Positions 15,001-29,539 of a stretch of 64,000 nt of DNA are shown here, piece after piece; position 1 is the stretch's first letter; every line of letters begins with the position of its first letter. A program made the translations under genes and the position numbers. The stretch comes from Eledone cirrhosa (Eukaryota), in the NCBI GenBank assembly GCA_964016885.1, contig CAXHJY010000264.1, positions 558,001-622,000 on the forward strand. The letters are read 5' to 3'. The notes beneath the pieces were generated by a model. It saw only the letters and a program-made list of their open reading frames with translations. It did not search any database and was not told the origin of the DNA.

Positions 15001-18000
15001 CTCCTACCCACTACATCTGATTCCTCTTATACCTAGTTTCTCTCTCAGTCCATCCATACACATCACATGTCTATACCAACACAGTCTCCTCTCCTACACA
15101 CTACATCTGATTCCTCTTATACCTAGTTTCTCTCTGTCCATCCATACACATCACATGTCTATACAAACACAGTCTCCTCTCCTACACACTACATCTGATT
15201 CCTCTTATACCTAGTTTCTCTCTCCATCCATACACATCACATGTCTATACCAACGCAGTCTCCTCTCCTACACACTACATCTGATTCCTCTTATACCTAG
15301 TTTCTCTCTCAGTCCATCCATACACATCACATGTCTATACAAACACAGTCTCCTCTCCTACACACTACATCTGATTGCTTTTATACCTAGTTTCTCCCAG
15401 TTCATCCATACACATCACATGTCTATACCAACAGTCTCCTCTCCTACACACTACATCTGATACCTCTTATACCTAGTTTCTCTCTCCATCCATACACATC
15501 ACATGTCTATACCAACACAGTCTCCTCTCCTACATCTGATTCCTCTTATACCTAGTTTCTCTCTCAGTTCATCCATACACATCATATGTCTATACCAACA
15601 CAGTCTCCTCTCCTACACACTACATCTGATTCCTCTTATACCTAGTTTCTCTCTCCATCCATACACATCACATGTCTATACCAACACAGTCTCCTCTCCT
15701 ACACGCTACATCTGATTCCTCTTATACCTAGTTTCTCTCTCAGTCCATCCATACACATCACATGTCTATACCAACACAGTCTCCTCTCCTACACATTACA
15801 TCTGATTCCTCTTATACATAGTTTCTCTCTTAGTTCATTCATACACATCACATGTCTATACCAACACAGTCTCCTCTCCTACATCTGATTCCTCTTATAC
15901 CTAGTTTCTCTCTCAGTTCATTCATACACATCACATATCTATACCAACACAGTCTCCTCTCCTACACACTACATCTGATTTCTCTTATACCTAGTTTCTC
16001 TCTCCATCCATACACATCACATGTCTATACCAACATAGTCTCCTCTCCTACACACTACATCTGATTCCTCTTATACCTAGTTTCTCTCTCAGTTCATCCA
16101 TACACATCACATGTCTATACCAACACGGTCTGCTCTCCTACACATTACATCTGATTCCTCTTATACCTAGTTTCTCTCCCAGTTCATCCATACACATCAC
16201 ATGTCTATACCAACACTGTGTCCTCTCCTACACACTACATCTGATTCCTCTTATACCTAGTCTCTCTCTCAGTTCATCCATACACATTACATGTCTATAC
16301 CAACACAGTCTTCTATCCTACACACTACATCTGATTCCTCTTATACCTAGTTTCTCTCTCCATCCATACACATCACATGTCTATACCAACATAGTCTCCT
16401 CTCCTACACACTACATCTGATTCCTCTTATACCTAGTTTCTCTCTCAGTCCATCCATACACATCACATGTCTATACCAACAGTCTCCTCTCCTACACACT
16501 ACATCTGATTCCTCTTATACCTAGTTTCTCTCTCAGTCCATCCATACACATCACATGTCTATACCAATACAGTCTCCTCTCCTACCCAATACATCTGATT
16601 CCTCTTATACCTAGTTTCTCTCGGTTCATCCATACACATCATATGTTTATACCAACACAGTCTCCTCTCCTACACACTACATCTGATTCCTCTTATACCT
16701 AGTTTCTTTCTCAGTCCATCCATACACATCACATGTCTATACAAACACAGTCTCCTCTCCTACACACTACATCTGATTCCTCTTATACTTAGTTTTTCTC
16801 CCAGTTCATCCATACACATCACATGTCTATACCAACACAGTCTCCTCTCCTACACACTACATCTGATACCTCTTATACCTAGTTTCTCTCTCCATCCATA
16901 CACATCACATGTCTATACCAACGCAGTCTCCTCTCCTACACACTACATCTGATTCCTCTTATACCTAGTCTCTCTCTCAGTTCATCCATACACATCACAT
17001 GTCTATACCAACACAGTCTTCTCTCCTACACACTACATATGATTCCTCTTATACCTAGTTTCTCTCTCCATCCATACAAATCACATGTCTATACCAGCAG
17101 TCTCCTCTCCTACACACTACATCTGATTCCTCTTATACCTAGTTTCTCTCTCCATCCATACACATCACATGTCTATACCAACAGTCTCCTCTCCTACACA
17201 CTACATCTGATTCCTCTTATACCTAGTTTCTCTCTCCATCCATACACATCACATGTCTATACGAACAGTCTCCTCTCCTACACACTACATCTGATTCCTC
17301 TTATACTTAGTTTTTCTCCCAGTTCATCCATACACATCACATGTCTATACCAACAGTCTCCTCTCCTACACACTACATCTGATACCTCTTATACCTAGTT
17401 TCTCTCTCCATCCATACACATCACATGTCTATACCAACGCAGTCTCCTCTCCTACACACTACATCTGATTTCTCTTATATCTAGTTTCTCTCTCAGTTCA
17501 TCCATACACATCACATGTCTATACCAACACAGTCTCCTCTCCTACATCTGATTCCTCTTATACCTAGTTTCTCTCTCAGTCCATACACATCACATGTCTA
17601 TACCAGCACAGTCTCCTCTCCTACACACTACATCTGATTCCTCTTATACCTAGTTTCTCTCTCCATCCATACACATCACATGTCTATACCAACAGTCTCC
17701 TCTCCTACACACTACATCTGATTCCTCTTATACCTAGTTTCTCTCTCAGTCCATCCATACACATCACATGTCTATACCAATACAGTCTCCTCTCCTACCC
17801 ACTACATCTGATTCCTCTTATACCTAATTTCTCTCTCGGTTCATCCATACACATCACATGTTTATACCAACACAGCCTCCTCTCCTACACACTACATCTG
17901 ATTCCTCTTATACCTAGTTTCTCTCTCAGTTCATCCATACACATCACATGTCTATACCAACACAGTCTCCTCTCCTACATTTGATTCCTCTTATACCTAC

Positions 18001-21000
18001 TTTCTCTCTCAGTCCATCCATACACATCACATATCTATACCAGCAGTCTCCTCTCCTACACACTACAAGTGATTCCTCTTATACGTAGTTTCTCTCTCCA
18101 TCCATACACATCACATGTCTATACCAACACAGTCTCCTCTCCTACACACTACATCTGATTCCTCTTATTCCATACACATCACATGTCTATACCAACACAG
18201 TCTCCTCTCCTACACACTGCATCTGATTCCTCTTATACTTAGTTTTCTCCCAGTTCATCCATACACATCACATGTCTATACCAACAGTCTCCTCTCCTAC
18301 ACACTACATCTAATTCCTCTTATACCTAGTTTCTCTCCCAGTTCATCAATACACATTACATGTCTATACCAACACAGTCTCCTCTCCTACACACTACATC
18401 TGATTCCTCTTATACCTAGTTTCTCTCCCAGTTCATCCATACACATCACATGTCTATACCAACACAGTCTCCTCTCCTACATTTGATTCCTCTTATACCT
18501 ACTTTCTCTCTCAGTCCATCCATACACATCACATGTCTATACCAACACAGTCTTCTCTCCTACACACTACATATGATTCCTCTTATACCTAGTTTCTCTC
18601 TCCATCCATACACATCACATGTCTATACCAGCACAGTCTCCTCTCCTACACACTACATCTGATTCCTCTTATACCTAGTTTCTCTCTCCATCCATACACA
18701 TCACATGTCTATACCAACAGTCTCCTCTCCTACACACTACATCTGATTCCTCTTATACCTAGTTTCTCTCTCCATCCATACACATCACATGTCTATACCA
18801 ACAGTCTCCTCTCCTACACACTACATCTGATTCCTCTTATACTTAGTTTTTCTCCCAGTTCATCCATACACATCACATGTCTATACCAACAGTCTCCTCT
18901 CCTACACACTACATCTGATACCTCTTATACCTAGTTTCTCTCTCCATCCATACACATCACATGTCTATACCAGCACAGTCTCCTTTCCTACACACTACAT
19001 CTGATTCCTCTTATACCTAGTTTCTCTCTCCATCCATACACATCACATGTCTATACCAACAGTCTCCTCTCCTACACACTACATCTGATTCCTCTTATAC
19101 CTAGTTTCTCTCTCCATCCATACACATCACATGTCATCTCCTACACACTACATCTGATTCCTCTTATACCTAGTTTCTCTCTCAGTTCATCCATACACAT
19201 CACATGTCTATACCAATACAGTCTCCTCTCCTACACACTACATCTGATTCCTCTTATACCTAGTTTCTCTCTCAGTCCATCCATACACATCACATGTCTA
19301 TACCAGCAGTCTCCTCTCCTACACACTACATGTGATTCCTCTTATACCTAGTTTCTCTCTCCATCCATACACATCACATGTCATCTCCTACACACTACAT
19401 CTGATTCCTCTTATACCTAGTTTGTCTCTCAGTTCATCCATACACATCACATGTCTATACCAATACAGTCTCCTCTCCTACCCACTACATCTGATTCCTC
19501 TTATACCTAGTTTCTCTCTCGGTTCATCCATACACATCACATGTTTATACCAACACAGTCTCCTCTCCTACACACTACATCTGATTCCTCTTATACCTAG
19601 TTTCTCTCCCAGTTCATCCATACACATCACATGTCTATACCAACAGTCTCCTCTCCTACACACTACATCTGATACCTCTTATACCTAGTTTCTCTCTGCA
19701 TCCATACACATCACATGTCTATACCAACGCAGTCTCCTCTCCTACACACTACATCTGTTTCCTCTTATACCTAGTTTCTCTCTCAGTTCATCCATACACA
19801 TCACATGTCTATACCAATACAGTCTCCTCTCCTACACACTACATCTGATTCCTCTTATACCTAGTCTCTCTCTCAGTTCATCCATACACATCACATGTCT
19901 ATACCAACATAGTCTCCTCTCCTACACACTACATCTGATTCCTCTTATACCTAGTTTCTCTCTCAGTTCATCCATACACATCACATGTCTATACCAACAC
20001 AGTCTCCTCTCCTACATCTGATTCCTCTTATACCTAGTTTCTCTCTCAGTCCATCCATACACATCACATGTCTATACCAGCAGTCTCCTCTCCTACACAC
20101 TACATGTGATTCCTCTTATACCTAGTTTCTCTCTCCATCCATACACATCACATGTCATCTCCTACACACTACATCTGATTCCTCTTATACCTAGTTTCTC
20201 ACTCAGTCCATCCATACACATCACATGTCTATACCAATACAGTCTCCTCTCCTACCCACTACATCTGATTCCTCTTATACCTAATCTCTCTCTTAGTTCA
20301 ACCATTCACATCACATGTCTATACCAACACAGTCTCCTCTCCTACATCTGATTCCTCTTATACCTAGTTTCTCTCTCAGTTCATCCATACACATCACATG
20401 TCTATACCAACACAGTCTCCTCTCCTACACACTACACCTGATTTCTCTTATACTTCGTTTCTTTCCCAGTCCATCCATACACATCACATGTCTATACCAA
20501 TACAGTCTCCTCTCCTACCCACTACATCTGATTCCTCTTATACCTAGTTTCTCTCTCGGTTCATCCATACACGTCACATGTTTATACCAACACAGTTTCC
20601 TCCCCTACACACTACATCTGATTCCTCTTATACCTAGTTTCTCTCTCCATCCATACACATCACATGTCTATACCAACGCAGTCTCCTCTCCTACACACTA
20701 CATCTGATTCCTCTTATACCTAGTTTCTCTCTCAGTTCATCCATACACATCACATGTCTATACCAACACAGTCTCCTCTCCTACATTTGATTCCTCTTAT
20801 ACCTACTTTCTCTCTCAGTCCATCCATACACATCACATATCTATACCAGCAGTCTCCTGTCCTACACACTACAAGTGATTCCCCTTATACGTAGTTTCTC
20901 TCTCCATCCATACACATCACATGTCTATACCAACACAGTCTCCTCTCCTACACACTACATCTGATTCCTCTTATTCCATACACATCACATGTCTATACCA

Positions 21001-24000
21001 ACACAGTCTCCTCTCCTACACACTGCATCTGATTCCTCTTATACTTAGTTTTCTCCCAGTTCATCCATACACATCACATGTCTATACCAACAGTCTCCTC
21101 TCCTACACACTACATCTGATTCCTCTTATACCTAGTTTCTCTCTACATCCATACACATCACATGTCTATACCAACACAGTCTCCTCTCCTACACACTACA
21201 TCTGATTCCTCTTATACCTAGTTTCTCTCCCAGTTCATCCATACACATTACATGTCTATACCAACACAGTCTCCTCTCCTACACAATACATCTGATTCCT
21301 CTTATACCTAGTTTCTCTCCCAGTTCATCCATACACATCACATGTCTATACCAACAGTCTCCTCTCCTACACACTACATCTGATTCCTCTTATACCTAGT
21401 TTCTCTCCCAGTTCATCCATACACATTACATGTCTATACCAACACAGTCTCCTCTCCTACACACTACATCTGATTCCTCTTATACCTAGTTTCTCTCCCA
21501 GTTCATCCATACACATCACATGTCTATACCAATACAGTCTCCTCTCCTACACACTACATCTGATTCCTCTTATACCTAGTCTCTCTCTCAGTTCATCCAT
21601 ACACATCACATGTCTATACCAATACAGTCTCCTCTCCTACACACTACATCTGATTCCTCTTATACCTAGTTTCTCTCCCAGTTCATCCATACACATCACA
21701 TGTCTATACCAACATAGTCTCCTCTCCTACACACTACATCTGATTCCTCTTATACCTAGTTTCTCTCTCCATCCATACACATCACATGTCTATACCAACA
21801 CAGTCTTCTCTCCTACACACTACATATGATTCCTCTTATACGTAGTTTCTCTCTCCATCCATACACATCACATGTCTATAACAACACAATCTCCTCTCCT
21901 ACACACTACATCTGATTCCTCTGATACCTAGTTTCTCTCTCAGTCCATCCATACACATCACACGTCTATACCAACACAGTCTCCTCTCCTACACACTACA
22001 TCTGATTCCTCTTATACCTAGTTTCTCTCTCATTTCATCCATACACATCACATGTTTATACCAGCACAGTCTCCTCTCCTACACACTACATCTGATTCCT
22101 TTATATACCTAGTCTCTCTCTCAGTTCATCCATACACATCACATGTCTGTACCAACACAGTCTCCTCTCATACACACTACATTTGAATCCTCTTATACCT
22201 TGTTTCTCTCTTAGTTCAACCATACGCATCACATGTCTATACCAACAGTCTCCTCTCCTACACATTACATCTGATTCCTCTTATACCTAATCTCTCTCTT
22301 AGTTCAACCATTCACATCACATGTCTATACCAACACAGTCTCCTCTCCTACATCTGATTCCTCTTATACCTAGTTTCTCTCTCAGTTCATCCATACACAT
22401 CACATGTCTATACCAACACAGTCTCCTCTCCTACACACTACACCTGATTTCTCTTATACTTCGTTTCTTTCCCAGTTCATCCATACACATCACATGTCCA
22501 TACAAACACAGTCTCCTCTCCTACACACTACATCTGATTCCTCTTATACCTAGTTTCTCTCTCCATCCATACACATCACATGTCTATACCAATGCAGTCT
22601 CCTCTCCTACACACTACATCTGATTTCTCTTATACCTACTTTCTCTCTCAGTCCATCCATACACATCACATATCTATACCAGCAGTCTCCTCTCCTACAC
22701 ACTACAAGTGATTCCTCTTATACGTAGTTTCTCTCTCCATCCATACACATCACATGTCTATACCAACACAGTCTCCTCTCCTACACACTACATCTGATTC
22801 CTCTTATTCCATACACATCACATGTCTATACCAACACAGTCTCCTCTCCTACACACTGCATCTGATTCCTCTTATACTTAGTTTTTTCCCAGTTCATCCA
22901 TACACATCACATGTCTATACCAACAGTCTCCTCTCCTACACACTACATCTGATTCCTCTTATACCTAGTTTCTCTCTACATCCATACACATCACATGTCT
23001 ATACCAACACAGTCTCCTCTCCTACACACTACATCTGATTCCTCTTATACCTAGTTTCTCTCCCAGTTCATCCATACACATCACATGTCTATACCAACAC
23101 AGTCTCCTCTCCTACACACTACATCTGATTCCTCTTATACCTAGTTTCTCTCCCAGTTCATCCATACACATCACATGTCTATACCAACAGTCTCCTCTCC
23201 TACACACTACATCTGATTCCTCTTATACCTAGTTTCTCTCCCAGTTCATCCATACACATTACATGTCTATACCAACACAGTCTCCTCTCCTACACACTAC
23301 ATCTGATTCCTCTTATACCCAGTTTCTCTCCCAGTTCATCCATACACATCACATGTCTATACCAATACAGTCTCCTCTCCTACACACTACATCTGATTCC
23401 TCTTATACCTAGTCTCTCTCTCAGTTCATCCATACACATCACATGTCTATACCAACATAGTCTCCTCTCCTACACACTACATCTGATTCCTCTTATACCT
23501 AGTTTCTCTCTCCATCCATACACATCACATGTCTATACCAACACAGTCTCCTCTCCTACACACTACATCTGATTCCTCTTATACCTAGTTTCTCTCCCAG
23601 TTCATCCATACACATCACATGTCTATACCAACACAGTCTCCTCTCCTACACACTACATTTGATTCCTCTTATACCTAGTTTCTCTCCCAGTTCATCCATA
23701 CACATCACATGTCTATACCAACAGTCTCCTCTCCTACACACTACATCTGATTCCTCTTATACCTAGTTTCTCTCTCAGTCCATCCATACACATCACATGT
23801 CTATACCAATACAGTCTCCTCTCCTACACACTACATCTGATTCCTCTTATACCTAGTTTCTCTCCCAGTTCATCCATACACATCACATGTTTATACCAAC
23901 ACAGTCTCCTCTCCTACACACAACATCTGATTCCTCTTATACCTAGTCTCTCTCTCAGTTCATCCATACACATCACATGTCTGTACCAACACAGTCTCCT

Positions 24001-27000
24001 CTCATACACACTACATTTGAATCCTCTTATACCTTGTTTCTCTCTTAGTTCAACCATACGCATCACATGTCTATACCAACAGTCTCCTCTCCTACACATT
24101 ACATCTGATTCCTCTTATACCTAATCTCTCTCTTAGTTCAACCATTCACATCACATGTCTATACCAACACAGTCTCCTCTCCTACATCTGATTCGTCTTA
24201 TACCTAGTTTCTCTCTCAGTTCATCCATACACATCACATGTCTATACCAACACAGTCTCCTCTCCTACACACTACACCTGATTTCTCTTATACTTCGTTT
24301 CTTTCCCAGTTCATCCATACACATCACATGTCTATACAAACACAGTCTCCTCTCCTACACACTACATCTGATTCCTTTTATACCTAGTTTCTCTCAGTTC
24401 ATCCATACACATAACATGACTATACCAATAGTCTCCTCTCCTACACACTACATCTGATACCTCTTATACCTAGTTTCTATCTCCATCCATACACATCACA
24501 TGTCTATACCAACAGTCTCCTCTCCTACATTTGATTCCTCTTATACCTAGTTTCTCTCTCAGTCCATCCATACACATCACATATCTATACCAGCAGTCTC
24601 CTCTCCTACACACTACAAGTGATTCCTTTTATACGTAGTTTCTCTCTCTATCCATACACATCACATGTCTATACCAACACAGTCTCCTCTCCTACACACT
24701 ACATCTGATTCCTCTTATACTTAGTTTTCTCCCAGTTCATCCATACACATCACATGTCTATACCAACAGTCTCCTCTCCTACACACTACATCTGATTCCT
24801 CTTATACCTAGTTTCTCTCTACATCCATACATATCACATGTCTATACCAACACAGTCTCCTCTCCTACACACTACATCTGATTCCTCTTATACCTAGTTT
24901 CTCTCCCAGTTCATCCATACACATCACATGTCTATACCAACACAGTCTCCTCTCCTACACACTACATCTGATTCCTCTTATACCTAGTTTCTCTCTCAGC
25001 TCATCCATAAACATCACATGTCTATACCAATACAGTCTCTTCTCCTACACACTAGATCTGATTCCTCTTATACCTAGTCTCTCTCTCAGTTCATCCATAC
25101 ACATCACATGTCTATACCAACACAGTCTTCTCTCCTACACACTACATCTGATTCCTCTTATACCTAGTTTCTCTCTCCATCCATACACATCACATGTCTA
25201 TACCAACACAGTCTCCTCTCCTACGCACTACATCTGATTCCTCTTATACCTAGTTTCTCTCTCCATCCATACACATCACATGTCTATACCAACAGTCTCC
25301 TCTCCTACACACTACATCTGATTCCTCTTATACCTAGTTTCTCTCTCAGTCCATCCATACACATCACATGTTTATACCAATACAGTCTCCTCTCCTACCC
25401 ACTACATCTGATTCCTCTTATACCTAGTTTCTCTCTCGGTTCATCTATACACATCACATGTTTATACCAACACAGTCTCCTCTCCTACACACTACATCTG
25501 ATTCCTCTTATACCTAGTTTCTCTCTCAGTCCATCCATACACATCACATGTCTATACCAACACAGTCTCCTCTCCTACACACTACATCTGATTCCTCTTA
25601 TACCTAGTTTCTCTCTCAGTTCATCCATACACATCACATGTCTATACCAACAGTCTCCTCTCCTACACACTACATCTGATTCCTCTTATACCTAGTCTCT
25701 CTCTCAGTTCATCCATACACATCACATGTCTATACCAACACAGTCTCCTCTCCTACACACTACACCTGATTTCTCTTATACTTCGTTTCTTTCCCAGTTC
25801 ATCCATACACATCACATGTCCATACAAACACAGTCTCCTCTCCTACACACTACATCTGATTCCTCTTATACCTAGTTTCTCTCAGTTCATCCATACACAT
25901 CACATGTCTATACCAATGCAGTCTCCTCTCCTACACACTACATCTGATTCCTCTTATACCTACTTTCTCTCTCAGTCCATCCATACACATCACATATCTA
26001 TACCAGCAGTCTCCTCTCCTACACACTACAAGTGATTCCTCTTATACGTAGTTTCTCTCTCCATCCATACACATCACATGTCTATACCAACACAGTCTCC
26101 TCTCCTACACACTACATCTGATTCCTCTTATTCCATACACCTCACATGTCTATACCAACACAGTCTCCTCTCCTACACACTGCATCTGATTCCTCTTATA
26201 CTTAGTTTTCTCCCAGTTCATCCATACACATCACATGTCTATACCAACAGTCTCCTCTCCTACACACTACATCTGATTCCTCTTATACCTAGTTTCTCTC
26301 TACATCCATACACATCACATGTCTATACCAACACAGTCTCCTCTCCTACACACTACATCTGATTCCTCTTATACCTAGTTTCTCTCCCAGTTCATCCATA
26401 CACATCACATGTCTATACCAACACAGTCTCCTCTCCTACACACTACATCTGATTCCTCTTATACCTAGTTTCTCTCCCAGTTCATCCATACACATCACAT
26501 GTCTATACCAACAGTCTCCTCTCCTACACACTACATCTGATTCCTCTTATACCTAGTTTCTCTCCCAGTTCATCCATACACATTACATGTCTATACCAAC
26601 ACAGTCTCCTCTCCTACACACTACATCTGATTCCTCTTATACCCAGTTTCTCTCCCAGTTCATCCATACACATCACATGTCTATACCAATACAGTCTCCT
26701 CTCCTACACACTACATCTGATTCCTCTTATACCTAGTCTCTCTCTCAGTTTATCCATACACATCACATGTCTATACCAACATAGTCTCCTCTCCTACACA
26801 CTACATCTGATTCCTCTTATACCTAGTTTCTCTCTCCATCCATACACATCACATGTCTATACCAACACAGTCTCCTCTCCTACACACTACATCTGATTCC
26901 TCTTATACCTAGTTTCTCTCTACATCCATACACATCACATGTCTATACCAACACAGTCTCCTCTCCTACACACTACATCTGATTCCTCTTATACCTAGTT

Positions 27001-29307
27001 TCTCTCCCAGTTCATCCATACACATCACATGTCTATACCAACACAGTCTCCTCTCCTACACACTACATCTGATTCCTCTTATACCTAGTTTCTCTCCCAG
27101 TTCATCCATACACATCACATGTCTATACCAACAGTCTCCTCTCCTACACAGTACATCTGATTCCTCTTATACCTAGTTTCTCTCTCAGTCCATCCATACA
27201 CATCACATGTCTATACCAATACAGTCTCCTCTCCTACACACTACATCTGATTCCTCTTATACCTAGTTTCTCTCCCAGTTCATCCATACACATCACATGT
27301 TTATACCAACACAGTCTCCTCTCCTACACACAACATCTGATTCCTCTTATACCTAGTCTCTCTCTCAGTTCATCCATACACATCACATGTCTGTACCAAC
27401 ACAGTCTCCTCTCATACACACTACATTTGAATCCTCTTATACCTTGTTTCTCTCTTAGTTCAACCATACGCATCACATGTCTATACCAACAGTCTCCTCT
27501 CCTACACATTACATCTGATTCCTCTTATACCTAATCTCTCTCTTAGTTCAACCATTCACATCACATGTCTATACCAACACAGTCTCCTCTCCTACATCTG
27601 ATTCGTCTTATACCTAGTTTCTCTCTCAGTTCATCCATACACATCACATGTCTATACCAACACAGTCTCCTCTCCTACACACTACACCTGATTTCTCTTA
27701 TACTTCGTTTTTTTCCCAGTTCATCCATACACATCACATGTCTATACAAACACAGTCTCCTCTCCTACACACTACATCTGATTCCTTTTATACCTAGTTT
27801 CTCTCAGTTCATCCATACACATAACATGACTATACCAATAGTCTCCTCTCCTACACACTACATCTGATACCTCTTATACCTAGTTTCTATCTCCATCCAT
27901 ACACATCACATGTCTATACCAACAGTCTCCTCTCCTACATTTGATTCCTCTTATACCTAGTTTCTCTCTCAGTCCATCCATACACATCACATATCTATAC
28001 CAGCAGTCTCCTCTCCTACACACTACAAGTGATTCCTCTTATACGTAGTTTCTCTCTCTATCCATACACATCACATGTCTATACCAACACAGTCTCCTCT
28101 CCTACACACTACATCTGATTCCTCTTATACTTAGTTTTCTCCCAGTTCATCCATACACATCACATGTCTATACCAACAGTCTCCTCTCCTACACACTACA
28201 TCTGATTCCTCTTATACCTAGTTTCTCTCTACATCCATACATATCACATGTCTATACCAACACAGTCTCCTCTCCTACACACTACATCTGATTCCTCTTA
28301 TACCTAGTTTCTCTCCCAGTTCATCCATACACATCACATGTCTATACCAACACAGTCTCCTCTCCTACACACTACATCTGATTCCTCTTATACCTAGTTT
28401 CTCTCTCAGCTCATCCATAAACATCACATGTCTATACCAATACAGTCTCTTCTCCTACACACTAGATCTGATTCCTCTTATACCTAGTCTCTCTCTCAGT
28501 TCATCCATACACATCACATGTCTATACCAACACAGTCTTCTCTCCTACACACTACATCTGATTCCTCTTATACCTAGTTTCTCTCTCCATCCATACACAT
28601 CACATGTCTATACCAACACAGTCTCCTCTCCTACGCACTACATCTGATTCCTCTTATACCTAGTTTCTCTCTCCATCCATACACATCACATGTCTATACC
28701 AACAGTCTCCTCTCCTACACACTACATCTGATTCCTCTTATACCTAGTTTCTCTCTCAGTCCATCCATACACATCACATGTTTATACCAATACAGTCTCC
28801 TCTCCTACCCACTACATCTGATTCCTCTTATACCTAGTTTCTGTCTCGGTTCATCCATACACATCACATGTTTATACCAACACAGTCTCCTCTCCTACAC
28901 ACTACATCTGATTCCTCTTATACCTAGTTTCTCTCTCAGTCCATCCATACACATCACATGTCTATACCAACACAGTCTCCTCTCCTACACACTACATCTG
29001 ATTCCTCTTATAACTAGTTTCTCTCTCAGTTCATCCATACACATCACATGTCTATACCAACAGTCTCCTCTCCTACACACTACATCTGATTCCTCTTATA
29101 CCTAGTCTCTCTCTCAGTTCATCCATACACATCACATGTCTATACCAACACAGTCTCCTCTCCTACATCTGATTCCTCTAATACCTAGTTTCTCTCTCAG
29201 TCCATCCATACACATCACATGTCTATACCAACACAGTCTCCTCTCCTACACACTACATCTGATTCCTCTTATATCTAGTTTCTCTCTCAGTCCATCCATA
29301 CACATCA
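1..29307. repeat. ~90-bp satellite array (roughly 330-340 monomers visible; continues beyond the left edge)
   Basis: Consensus CTCCTCTCCTACACACTACATCTGATTCCTCTTATACCTAGTTTCTCTCTCAGTTCATCCATACACATCACATGTCTATACCAACACAGT (90 bp) is repeated head-to-tail, with recurrent deletion variants of about 88, 86, 83 and ~70 bp. It ends at ...ATACACATCA near 29307. Confidence 0.99.
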
Positions 29308-29420
29308 ATCATCCTTGTTTTTATGCCTGCTTTTCCATGCCTACATGGGTTTGACAAGATGTTTTGTGATATTTTTCTACGAACTGATATGCTTCCTAAG
29401 GCCAATTCACACTTTATTCT
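29308..29420 (-). mobile_element. degraded RTE-type 3' tail (SINE/LINE end)
   Basis: TTTTCCATGCCTACATGGGTTTGAC is the reverse complement of the GTCTAACCCATGCTAGCATGGAAAA tail seen at 32599-32622 and 37695-37720. Confidence 0.5.
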
Positions 29421-29539
29421 AAGTTTAGATATGTTGTAATGAGGAAAGACGTGAAGCTTCAGTACTAACAGTTCATCCTCTTTTGCTTTATCCTGCAACT
29501 CCTGATGAAGCTGTCTAAAAAAGTCTAAAGTCTATCTCG

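Noticed and set aside
1-29307. CRISPR-like array
   Set aside because: There are no unique spacers; the whole unit repeats; the context is eukaryotic and has no cas genes.
483-29354. Dozens of plus-strand ORFs (HLIPLIPSFSLSSSIHITCLYQHSLLSYTL repeats)
   Set aside because: They are by-products of a stop-free frame in a 90-bp unit, constantly broken by 2-, 4- and 7-bp deletion variants, and antisense to the real (RTE) reading.
29400-29520. Minus-strand QLHQELQDKAKEDELL as the next SRA1 exon; CTGATGA as a hammerhead core
   Set aside because: There is no similarity to the SRAP C-terminal domain, and no matching GAAA core or stems for a ribozyme.
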